Both the position numbers and the translations under genes were made by a program. A model generated the notes under the pieces. The model ran no database searches, was not told the DNA's origin, and was given only the letters and a program-made list of their open reading frames with translations. A stretch of 24,561 bases of DNA, from NCBI GenBank assembly GCA_001563335.1, contig LRSL01000016.1, positions 1 to 24,561 on the forward strand, given 5' to 3'. Of the stretch, positions 8,796 to 16,452 are shown one piece after another (position 1 is the stretch's first letter; each line of letters opens with the position of its first letter). The stretch comes from Candidatus Thorarchaeota archaeon SMTZ1-45. GTDB taxonomy: Archaea; Asgardarchaeota; Thorarchaeia; Thorarchaeales; Thorarchaeaceae.

Positions 8796-8845
8796 CTCAG
8801 TCTGGAGCAAACCCGCAGTCACAGAAAATACTCGGTGAGCTGAAA

Positions 8846-9094
8846 TTGGGTAGTATAAGACCTCGATATATTAAGAACGCTGCGAAGAACCTTCTGGCTC
8901 TTTATCCAGACACATTCACAGATGATTTTGAATCTAACAAGAGGCTTGTAGAGCAGTTCACGGATGTTAGATCAAAGAAGGTGAGAAATCGCATCGCAGG
9001 ATATTTGGTCAGGCTCATCAAGATTGGAGTTGCTCGAGAAGAAGCTGAAGCTCTCGAACCTGGTGACGAAGTCATTGATGACATGGAGATGTAA
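8846..9094 (+). CDS. rps17e: 30S ribosomal protein S17e
   Basis: MGSIRPRYIK...YPDTFTDDFESNKRLV...SKKVRNRIAGYLVR matches S17e; GGTGA RBS before the TTG start; acidic C-terminal tail. Confidence 0.96.
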   Translation: MGSIRPRYIKNAAKNLLALYPDTFTDDFESNKRLVEQFTDVRSKKVRNRIAGYLVRLIKIGVAREEAEALEPGDEVIDDMEM

Positions 9095-9144
9095 TATTCA
9101 GATATTCAAGATCCCATCCCCTACATCTCAAAGATATCTTAAGG

Positions 9145-9165
9145 AGGAGTGTATAGTCCACTCCT
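9145..9165 (+). promoter_or_regulatory. Inverted repeat AGGAGTG-N7-CACTCCT directly abutting the methyltransferase ATG (operator or SD-sequestering hairpin)
   Basis: Perfect 7-bp arms at 9145-9151 and 9159-9165; ATG at 9166; the left arm overlaps AGGAGGAG. Confidence 0.5.
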
Positions 9166-10182
9166 ATGTCTGATTGGAAGAACCTTATACTCCATGGTGA
9201 TTGTCTTGATGTTATTAAGAAACACATAGACATTCTCAAGGGAAAGGTTCGTCTAATCTATATCGACCCACCCTTTTTTTCTGGTACTGATTATACTCTC
9301 AAGATAAGGTCCGACGGAGATAGTCAAAAAGCTGGTAATCTTCAAGAAGAAAAGACTTACAGTGACAAATGGGAAGGTGGACTTCAAGAGTATTTAGATT
9401 TCATGAGAGTTCGTCTTAGCGCGATGAAACCTTTACTCAAGGATAATGGCAGTATCTGGGTGCATCTTGATTGGCATGTGTCGCACTACATCAAGGTCAT
9501 CCTTGACGAAATATTTGAGTATTCCAATTTTGTGAATGAGATAATATGGAAACGCACCAATAGCCCAAAGGCTCAGAGCAAGGGTTTTGGAAGTCAGCAT
9601 GATGTTATTCTCCTGTACGCAGCTAATGCTTCCAAGTTCAAGACACAGCAAGTCTATAGAGAATTTGATGAAAAATCTCGCAGACCCTATAGCTACAAGG
9701 ATGAGAGAGGTAGGTTCCGACTAATAGAGATAGAGGCTCAAGGGATACAACGGACTGAAGACAGAAAGCAGTTTGAGTGGAGAGGGAGGACTGCACCGTA
9801 CCTTTATAGAAAGAAAATCCTTGATGAATGGTGGGAAGCGGGATTAATCTACACAAGTAAAAATGGCCGATATACAAAAAAGCAGTATCTCTCAGAAGTA
9901 CCAGGAATACCAGTATCAGACCTTTGGATTGACATTAGTCCAGTTCAGGGAACATCGAAGGAAAATACAGGATTTCTTACACAAAAGCCAGAAGCTTTAC
10001 TTGAACGCATTATTGATTCTTCCACTGACTCAGATGATATCATCGCAGACTTTTTTGCAGGTTCTGGAACCACTGCAGCAGTGGCTGAAAAGATGAATCG
10101 TCGATGGATCATATGTGATTCTTCAGAAGCGGCAATTCGAGTTATTGAAAATCGGCTTGGAATATCGCGGACTTCTTTATGA
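9166..10182 (+). CDS. Site-specific DNA methyltransferase, beta class (N6-adenine/N4-cytosine, Mod-like), with no adjacent endonuclease
   Basis: ILHGDCL, motif IV LIYIDPPF, GSIWVHLDWH, NEIIWKR, SDLWIDI, TQKPEALLERII and motif I DFFAGSGTT, in the IV-TRD-I order of beta-class enzymes. Confidence 0.93.
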   Translation: MSDWKNLILHGDCLDVIKKHIDILKGKVRLIYIDPPFFSGTDYTLKIRSDGDSQKAGNLQEEKTYSDKWEGGLQEYLDFMRVRLSAMKPLLKDNGSIWVHLDWHVSHYIKVILDEIFEYSNFVNEIIWKRTNSPKAQSKGFGSQHDVILLYAANASKFKTQQVYREFDEKSRRPYSYKDERGRFRLIEIEAQGIQRTEDRKQFEWRGRTAPYLYRKKILDEWWEAGLIYTSKNGRYTKKQYLSEVPGIPVSDLWIDISPVQGTSKENTGFLTQKPEALLERIIDSSTDSDDIIADFFAGSGTTAAVAEKMNRRWIICDSSEAAIRVIENRLGISRTSL

Positions 10183-10184
10183 AG

Positions 10185-10205
10185 GATTGAGGAAAGAACT
10201 CAATC
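10185..10205. terminator. Hairpin GATTGAG-N7-CTCAATC between convergent genes; possible terminator
   Basis: Perfect 7-bp inverted repeat just after the MTase stop, next to a purine tract that is pyrimidine-rich on the minus strand. Confidence 0.4.
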
Positions 10206-10255
10206 AAAGAGAAAAGAGGAAGATACCAGTATCTGCATCGACAAAGGTTTCAATC

Positions 10256-11344
10256 TCAATCCACCCAGATGGGTTCATCGTAATCCGTTGTTTTCTTGAA
10301 GACTTCGCCCATTGCGTTTTTATCCCATCTCCTGAGTAGCAAGTAGCTAATTAATATTCCAACAAGAGCGAAGATGTAAGGCAGATAGAGAAAGAAGTAT
10401 AGATAGGGTGAGTAGGGATAATATCCTCCACCCAATAACAAAAATAGTGGAATGTACCCAAGTAAGAATGACCCTATTGCAGCGAGAGTGGACACTCCTA
10501 CTCTTCTTGAGCCACGCCTACGTTTCTCCCAGTCACGGACACCCCACACAACAGTTTGTGCTTCATCCTCAGTTAACGGGTATCCTCTCTCAATATGTAC
10601 CTTGGCAACATTCGGATGTATACCATAAATCTCTTGAATACCATCAAAAGCAAGATCATGCCGCCAAAAAGTACCCTTCAAGAGTAATACGAGTATAATA
10701 GGAACCATGAAGAAGCTAGCAAAGGTGCTAAGTGCATACATAATGGTGTAGAAATAACCAATCATAATGCTCTGAGCGATTGTTATGGTGAAAGGCACCA
10801 GAAGTAGACTTGATGGATATGTGAATATCAAGAAAAGAATGAGTGAGCCAAACAAGTCTGCAATCCATCTTGTTCTGGGAACTCGTAATAAGTGGAAGGC
10901 AAGAAGAGCCTCACCACTTCCAGGAGTTTTTAATATTAAGTCAACCATCGGTTCAGAAACAATCACTGCATCAAATAATGGATTGAATGATGTGGCAATG
11001 AAAGATTCTTCACTCTGGCGAGTCCATATATGTGCTCTCGATGGCAAAACGACCTTCTGATAGACTTGTCCAACAAGAGCATTAAACTCAGAATTGGTCG
11101 ATGGATTATTGAATCTGATTTTGAGTAGCAGTAGAATTAGAATATGGATAATAAACCCTACATTCAATGTGATAAATAAAGCAGTTATCCAGTTCGAAGT
11201 AATGATTGTGAACTCGAAAATGAAGTAAAGGACAACAGAATATGGTAACGCTGTAAGAAACGTAAGGAGTGCAATGCCTCCTCTTGAAACAAGAGGTACT
11301 CGAGTACCAAACCATCTTGCATACCTGTCAGACGACTTCGTCAT
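10256..11344 (-). CDS. Multi-pass membrane protein with possible degenerate peptidase M48/HtpX-like fold
   Basis: About six hydrophobic helices. The soluble segment HIWTRQSEESFIATSFNPLFDAVIVSEPMVDLI...EALLAFHLLRV resembles the M48 region before HExxH, but HExxH is absent. ATG 11344 is preferred to TTG 11353; a TTATAA box lies at about 11382. Confidence 0.7.
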   Translation of the reverse strand: MTKSSDRYARWFGTRVPLVSRGGIALLTFLTALPYSVVLYFIFEFTIITSNWITALFITLNVGFIIHILILLLLKIRFNNPSTNSEFNALVGQVYQKVVLPSRAHIWTRQSEESFIATSFNPLFDAVIVSEPMVDLILKTPGSGEALLAFHLLRVPRTRWIADLFGSLILFLIFTYPSSLLLVPFTITIAQSIMIGYFYTIMYALSTFASFFMVPIILVLLLKGTFWRHDLAFDGIQEIYGIHPNVAKVHIERGYPLTEDEAQTVVWGVRDWEKRRRGSRRVGVSTLAAIGSFLLGYIPLFLLLGGGYYPYSPYLYFFLYLPYIFALVGILISYLLLRRWDKNAMGEVFKKTTDYDEPIWVD

Positions 11345-11489
11345 TCCGCCCAACCAACCTATGGGGGCTTAGCGCGGGGAGTTATAACTTGTATGCTTCA
11401 AGAGATGCTTTTAGTCAATAAAGGAATCAGGGTGCCAGTTCCAAGTCACATCCCCATTACTGGTACTCACATCATTGCTTCTCATTAGA

Positions 11490-11564
11490 TTATGAAGAAC
11501 GCATTTTAACTACGATTACTAGAACAATGATAACAGCTACTCCGCCGCCTGCAATTATCAACAT
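11490..11564 (-). other. 24-codon ORF encoding a single TM helix (MLIIAGGGVAVIIVLVIVVKMRSS): small membrane peptide or gene remnant
   Basis: Read manually downstream of sdhB. Hydrophobic helix plus basic tail, similar to the C-terminal anchor of the 22838..24052 protein. An in-frame TAA lies 10 codons upstream of the ATG. Confidence 0.4.
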
Positions 11565-11682
11565 GGCTGTAACAATGAATTCATAGCATCGTTACTGATG
11601 GCCTATGACTGCTAGATTTCTGCTAAAAGATTCCATATGCCAATATATGAGCTATTGCTTCTTTTTGAGATCTAGAGATTTG

Positions 11683-12414
11683 TCAAAGTTCCTTCAATTT
11701 CCTGATTGCACCACCAGGCGCAACTCCCTTTGGACATGCTTTTACACAATTCATTACAAGGTCACAAAGAGGTGCACCATCTTTTTGGGTTGCTACTTTA
11801 GCATATTGTTCAGGATTAGAACTTCTAGAGTCTTCATGGAAACGCCAAGCCTTTGCAAGAGCCGCAGGACCAACATACTCATCTTTAGTAGAATTGACTG
11901 GACAAGAACCATAGCAGAGAGCACAAAGAATGCAATTTACATATCGCTCAATCTTCTTTCGTTCTTTGGGACTCTGTGACAAGGGCTCATCGCCATGCTC
12001 TATATCACTCCAGAGCTTGAGCGATACAAGTGTATCATAGAACTTTTTCATGTCCACAACTAGATCCTTCAAGATTGGCATATTTGGTAGTGGTTCAACC
12101 AATATTTCTACTTCAGGATTCCATCCTGTAGGGGTTTCAGATATTTGAGAGAATGATTTCAGTTTCATCTCGTTCTTCTTCACTTCTATTATCTGGGTTC
12201 TACATGCTAGACGGGGTTCCTTATTAATCAACATTGAACAGCTACCACAGACAGCCCCCCTGCATGAATATCTAAATGAGAGTGAGGGGTCCATCCTATC
12301 TTGGATTTGAAATAGAGCATCAAGTACAGTCATTCCTTTCTTTGTGTCAACTTTGTAGAGATCGTAATGAGTGATGGTCCCACCAATTCTGCTTCTAGCA
12401 ATTCTGAACATCAT
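11683..12414 (-). CDS. sdhB: Succinate dehydrogenase/fumarate reductase iron-sulfur subunit
   Basis: [2Fe-2S] SCRGAVCGSC...RLAC, [4Fe-4S] CILCALCYGSCP, [3Fe-4S]-type CDLVMNCVKACP, EPLPNMPILKDLVVD. Start overlaps the sdhA stop (TAATG). Confidence 0.95.
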   Translation of the reverse strand: MMFRIARSRIGGTITHYDLYKVDTKKGMTVLDALFQIQDRMDPSLSFRYSCRGAVCGSCSMLINKEPRLACRTQIIEVKKNEMKLKSFSQISETPTGWNPEVEILVEPLPNMPILKDLVVDMKKFYDTLVSLKLWSDIEHGDEPLSQSPKERKKIERYVNCILCALCYGSCPVNSTKDEYVGPAALAKAWRFHEDSRSSNPEQYAKVATQKDGAPLCDLVMNCVKACPKGVAPGGAIRKLKEL

Positions 12415-14096
12415 TAGTAGCTCCTCTCCTTAACTTCAAACATACCAAGATTCACGTCGATTAGTTCCGTCTTGATGTAGTCTTCCACTTTTATGAACAG
12501 TGAGTGTTTCAAGAAATTCTCGTCATCACGTTCTGGATAGTCAAGTCTCCAGTGTGCACCACGACTCTCTCTTCGCATGAGCGCGCCCATTGTGATTATT
12601 TCAGCAATGTCTAGCATGTTCTCAAGTTCAAGTGTCCGAATAAGGGCATAGTTGAACTTATCATCGCTTCGTCCAACACTGACATTCTTGAATCGAGTCT
12701 TTAGCTCACGGATCATTTTTAATGCAGCTTCAAGAGCATCTGATTTTCTATAGACTCCAACAAGCACATCCATTGTCTGACCCATTGTTTCTCGAATATT
12801 CGCAGTTGAATCTCCACCTTCATGAAGTAGTAATCTTTGAAGTCGCTCTCGTGTTTCAAAGGTTTCTTGTTCAACAGATTCTACATCTAGGGATTTAACT
12901 GATGAAACATATTCTCCCACAGCTTTACCAACTGATCTGCCAAATACAAGTGTTTCAAGCAGAGAATTTCCACCAAGACGATTTGCACCATGAACGCTCA
13001 TGCATGCAGTTTCACCAACAGCGAAGAGACCTGGAACCGGAGTAGCACCTCTTTTATCAGTATGAATCCCGCCCATGGAGTAATGTTGTGCGGGTTGTAC
13101 TGGGATTGGTTCGTCAATCGGATCGATTCCAGCAAAATTGATGCATATCTCTTGGATCCCAGGTAAGCGTTCGTTAATCTTCTCTTTGCCCAAATGTCTA
13201 AGATCGAGATGCACATATTCATCCTCAAACCCTCGACTCTCCAGAACCTCAGTCCGTATTGCCCTAGCAACAATATCTCTAGGAGCTAGTTCCATCTTTT
13301 CAGGAGCATATTTTTCCATGAACCTCTCGCCAAGAGAATTGATGAGATATCCTCCTTCACCACGAGCTCCTTCAGTTATCAGAATACTGGATCCAAATAG
13401 ACAAGTGGGATGGAATTGGACAAACTCCATGTCTTTCAAGGGAGCTCCAACCTTTAGAGCAAGGGCACAACCATCACCAGTATTGATTATTGCATTAGTT
13501 GAATGACCATAAACTCTCCCGAATCCTCCTGTTGCAAGGACAACAGCTTTCGAGGAAAAACCATGAACTTCTCCTGTAGCAATGTTCAGAGCTGTCAAGC
13601 CACAGATTCGATTCTCTGACTTCGCAAGCGACGTGACGAACCACTCGTTGTAGAACATGATACCCCGTTTCAATGCTTGCTCAAAGGTTGTGTGCAGTAA
13701 ATTATGTCCAGTCCTATCTGCTGCATAACAAGTTCGTGGAAAGGCTGCACCACCAAAAGGTCTCTGAGCTATCTTTCCATCTTTTGTCCGAGAGAAAGCT
13801 GTGCCCCAACGTTCGTTCTCAATTACTGCTCTTGGAGCCTCTCTAGCAAGAATCTCAACCACATCTTGGTCTGCGAGATAATCAGATCCCTTCACCGTAT
13901 CAAAAGCATGAGCTTCCCAAGAGTCATCTTCACCCAACGAAGCGTTAATTCCTCCCTGAGCAGCAACAGAATGGGATCTCAATGGATGGACCTTTGTGAC
14001 AATAGCTACATTGAATTTTTCGCAGAGCTGAATCGCAGTTCGGAGTCCTGAAAGACCAGCACCAACGATGAGAACGTCATGTTTGAAAGATGAAAT
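12414..14096 (-). CDS. sdhA: Succinate dehydrogenase/fumarate reductase flavoprotein subunit (start extended to ATT 14096)
   Basis: RSHSVAAQGG (covalent-FAD His), QFHPT, TEGARGEGG, ELAPRDIVAR, HYSMGG, HGANRLGGNSL, RESRGAH. The frame continues upstream of the ORF-track start as ISSFKHDVLIVGAGLSGLRTAIQL...VTKVHPL, which holds the FAD GxGxxG motif. RBS GAGGTGA at 14109-14103. Confidence 0.93.
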   Translation of the reverse strand: MSSFKHDVLIVGAGLSGLRTAIQLCEKFNVAIVTKVHPLRSHSVAAQGGINASLGEDDSWEAHAFDTVKGSDYLADQDVVEILAREAPRAVIENERWGTAFSRTKDGKIAQRPFGGAAFPRTCYAADRTGHNLLHTTFEQALKRGIMFYNEWFVTSLAKSENRICGLTALNIATGEVHGFSSKAVVLATGGFGRVYGHSTNAIINTGDGCALALKVGAPLKDMEFVQFHPTCLFGSSILITEGARGEGGYLINSLGERFMEKYAPEKMELAPRDIVARAIRTEVLESRGFEDEYVHLDLRHLGKEKINERLPGIQEICINFAGIDPIDEPIPVQPAQHYSMGGIHTDKRGATPVPGLFAVGETACMSVHGANRLGGNSLLETLVFGRSVGKAVGEYVSSVKSLDVESVEQETFETRERLQRLLLHEGGDSTANIRETMGQTMDVLVGVYRKSDALEAALKMIRELKTRFKNVSVGRSDDKFNYALIRTLELENMLDIAEIITMGALMRRESRGAHWRLDYPERDDENFLKHSLFIKVEDYIKTELIDVNLGMFEVKERSY

Positions 14097-14130
14097 CGTC
14101 GCTCACCTCTGGATAACAAAGCTGTTGTTT

Positions 14131-14139
14131 AGTTATAAC
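14131..14139 (-). promoter_or_regulatory. Putative TATA box (GTTATAACT) for sdhAB
   Basis: Lies in the fumC-sdhA gap about 35 nt upstream of the proposed start. The same AGTTATAAC element occurs at 11380-11388, upstream of the 10256..11344 gene. Confidence 0.45.
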
Positions 14140-14158
14140 GTGTACGGCTCGAGATTAA

Positions 14159-15547
14159 TTAGACCATCTTTGTTGGGTCCAGGAGTTCATCAAGATCTCC
14201 ATTAATCTCAATCCCTGATTCTGTGACAACTTCATGTATTGTCTTGCCAGTTGAAAGAGCAATCTTAGCGATTTCAGCAGCTTTGTCATAGCCAATGATA
14301 GGCGCTAATCGTGTAACAACCATCAAGCTTTCTTGAAGTTGTCGAGCGATTTGTTCTTTGTTCACTTCTAAGCCTTGTAGGCAATTCTCTACGAATGAGT
14401 CTATTGCCTTGCCAAGAATTCGTATTGAATCAAGAAGATTGACAATCATCATTGGCTTTGTGACATTTAGATCGAGAATACTACCAAAACCCTCAGCCGC
14501 AGCTATAGCTGCATCATTGCCTATCACCTGAAGAGCGACCTGAATTAGAGCCTCTGACTGTGTTGGATTGACTTTTCCTGGCATGATGGAAGACCCTGGT
14601 TCATTCTCTGGCAAAACGAGTTCACCAAGTCCAGCTCTTGGACCACTCCCCATCCAACGAATGTCATTAGCCATCTTCATGCATGTTAGAGCAAGAGACC
14701 TTAGAGCACTGCTGGTTCTAACGATTGCACTATGAGAGGAAATACCTTCGGCTGGAACAGGATTTACCTCAAATTTGAAACCAGTTATTTTACTTAGCTC
14801 GCCTACAGCATTTTTTGCAAACCCTTTTGGTGTGTTGAGTCCAGTCCCTAAAGCAGTTCCACCAATTGCAAGAATCAAAAGACCCTCACTTGCGTTTGCG
14901 AGGTCTCTGTCTATTGAAGATTCAATCTGTTCTTTGTAGACCCTGAATTCTGTCGAGAGTGGAATGGGTACAGCATCTTGTAGATGAGTTCGGCCAATCT
15001 TTACAACATCATCAAATTGCTTAATCTTCTCATCAAGAGCCATTCGTAGTCTACTGAGAGAAGGAAGAAGATTGTCCCGAATTGCGATCAAGGTTGATAC
15101 ATGCATCGCTGTGGGAATTACATCATTACTGGACTGAGACATATTGACTGTGTTGTTTGGATGGACCGGAGATTTAGAACCTCTTGGATGACCAAGAATC
15201 TCATTAGCGCGATTACTTAAGACTTCATTCATGTTCATGTTTGTCTGCGTCCCTGACCCAGTCTGAAAGATATCAATCGGAAACTGGTCATCGAACTTGC
15301 CTTGAATGACCTCGTCAATTGCAGTTTCAAGAGCTGTGGCAAAATCATCAGGAATTAGTCCAGCTGTTCTATTGGCAAGAAGACACGCCTTCTTCACTTG
15401 GGCAAGGGAATGGATAAACTCAGACGAGAAGGACCGTCCGCTTATCTTAAAGTTCATCAATGCACGTTGTGTGTTGATTCCCCAGTAGGCGTCTGCAGGC
15501 ACATCGAGTTCACCTATGGAGTCCTTCTCTCTTCTAGTCTTCTTCAT
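14159..15547 (-). CDS. fumC: Class II fumarate hydratase
   Basis: REKDSIG, YWGINTQRA, QTGSGTQTNMNMNEV, SQSSNDVIPTAMH, KIGRTHLQDA and signature GSSIMPGKVNPTQSE. ATG 15547 (MKKTRR) has a GAGGT RBS and is preferred to TTG 15565. Position next to sdhAB favours fumarase over aspartase. Confidence 0.9.
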   Translation of the reverse strand: MKKTRREKDSIGELDVPADAYWGINTQRALMNFKISGRSFSSEFIHSLAQVKKACLLANRTAGLIPDDFATALETAIDEVIQGKFDDQFPIDIFQTGSGTQTNMNMNEVLSNRANEILGHPRGSKSPVHPNNTVNMSQSSNDVIPTAMHVSTLIAIRDNLLPSLSRLRMALDEKIKQFDDVVKIGRTHLQDAVPIPLSTEFRVYKEQIESSIDRDLANASEGLLILAIGGTALGTGLNTPKGFAKNAVGELSKITGFKFEVNPVPAEGISSHSAIVRTSSALRSLALTCMKMANDIRWMGSGPRAGLGELVLPENEPGSSIMPGKVNPTQSEALIQVALQVIGNDAAIAAAEGFGSILDLNVTKPMMIVNLLDSIRILGKAIDSFVENCLQGLEVNKEQIARQLQESLMVVTRLAPIIGYDKAAEIAKIALSTGKTIHEVVTESGIEINGDLDELLDPTKMV

Positions 15548-15582
15548 AATCAAGACCTCTGGCAAGTTCTGATATAGATGTT

Positions 15583-16452
15583 CTATATCATCAAATCATC
15601 AATAATCTGTTGGACGTCCTTAAGACTCGTCGTGTGGTCCTTTAGAGGTACGGCTTCTGGCAAAAACATGTTAGCTACCAAGTCAGGAGCATCTATTCTG
15701 TAGAAGACGCCAATTGGAATTTTACCCTCATTAACTAGAGCTTTCTCCAATGCGGAAAGACGATTGGAGGTGTCATGTCTATTATCCTGCAGAGAGTAAG
15801 TATGTTCATTATAGAATTTCCAAGTCAATTGTCTATTCCATGTCACGCAAGGTTGTAGGATATCAACAACTGCAAAACCCCTGTGTTTCACAGCTTCAAC
15901 CATGAGCTTCACCAGAACTTTTTGGTCTCCTGAGAATCCTCGGGCAACATATGTCGCTCCTGCAGCGATGGCTAGTGCGACTGGATTTGCAGGGTCCATG
16001 GGAGCACCTGGAGGTGGTGGGGAGGTGTTCGAAACATAACCTCTTGGGGCAGCAGGTGAGAATTGACCTTTTGTGAGACCCATGACTCCATTATTGTGAA
16101 TGAATACAGCAATGTTGACATTTCGTCGAGCTGCATGTACGAAGTGTCCCAGACCCTCACCTAAGCAATCGCCATCACCTGTATGGACTATCACGTTAAG
16201 ATCTTTGTTTGCCATATGAATTCCAGTTGCTACAGGAATTGGTCGGCCATGCAGATTATGAAAACTATTGAGACCTCCGATATAATGAGGTGCCTTTCCT
16301 GAGCACCCGATACCAGAGGAAATCACAAGATTATGCACTGGAATATCAAGTTGCAAGACAGCTTTCTTGAGAGCAGCCAGAATTCCATAATTTCCACACC
16401 CCGTACACCATGTCACCTTCTGTGGGCCTTCAAGTTGGTCTACAGTTGTCAT
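15583..16452 (-). CDS. korB: 2-oxoacid:ferredoxin oxidoreductase beta subunit (TPP-binding)
   Basis: WCTGCGNYG, SGIGCS, LHGR, GDGD...NN TPP motif, GLTKGQFSP, LQPCVTWN. ATGA overlap with the alpha subunit stop. Substrate specificity is not determinable from sequence. Confidence 0.92.
   Translation of the reverse strand: MTTVDQLEGPQKVTWCTGCGNYGILAALKKAVLQLDIPVHNLVISSGIGCSGKAPHYIGGLNSFHNLHGRPIPVATGIHMANKDLNVIVHTGDGDCLGEGLGHFVHAARRNVNIAVFIHNNGVMGLTKGQFSPAAPRGYVSNTSPPPPGAPMDPANPVALAIAAGATYVARGFSGDQKVLVKLMVEAVKHRGFAVVDILQPCVTWNRQLTWKFYNEHTYSLQDNRHDTSNRLSALEKALVNEGKIPIGVFYRIDAPDLVANMFLPEAVPLKDHTTSLKDVQQIIDDLMI

Noticed and set aside
11605-11979. 124-aa plus-strand ORF as a possible Sdh anchor subunit
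   Set aside because: It is antisense to sdhB and has no clear TM helices or heme-ligand pattern.
14103-14105. In-frame TGA upstream of sdhA as a selenocysteine or readthrough codon
   Set aside because: It is part of the RBS, lies outside the conserved domain, and readthrough meets TAA with no upstream start codon.
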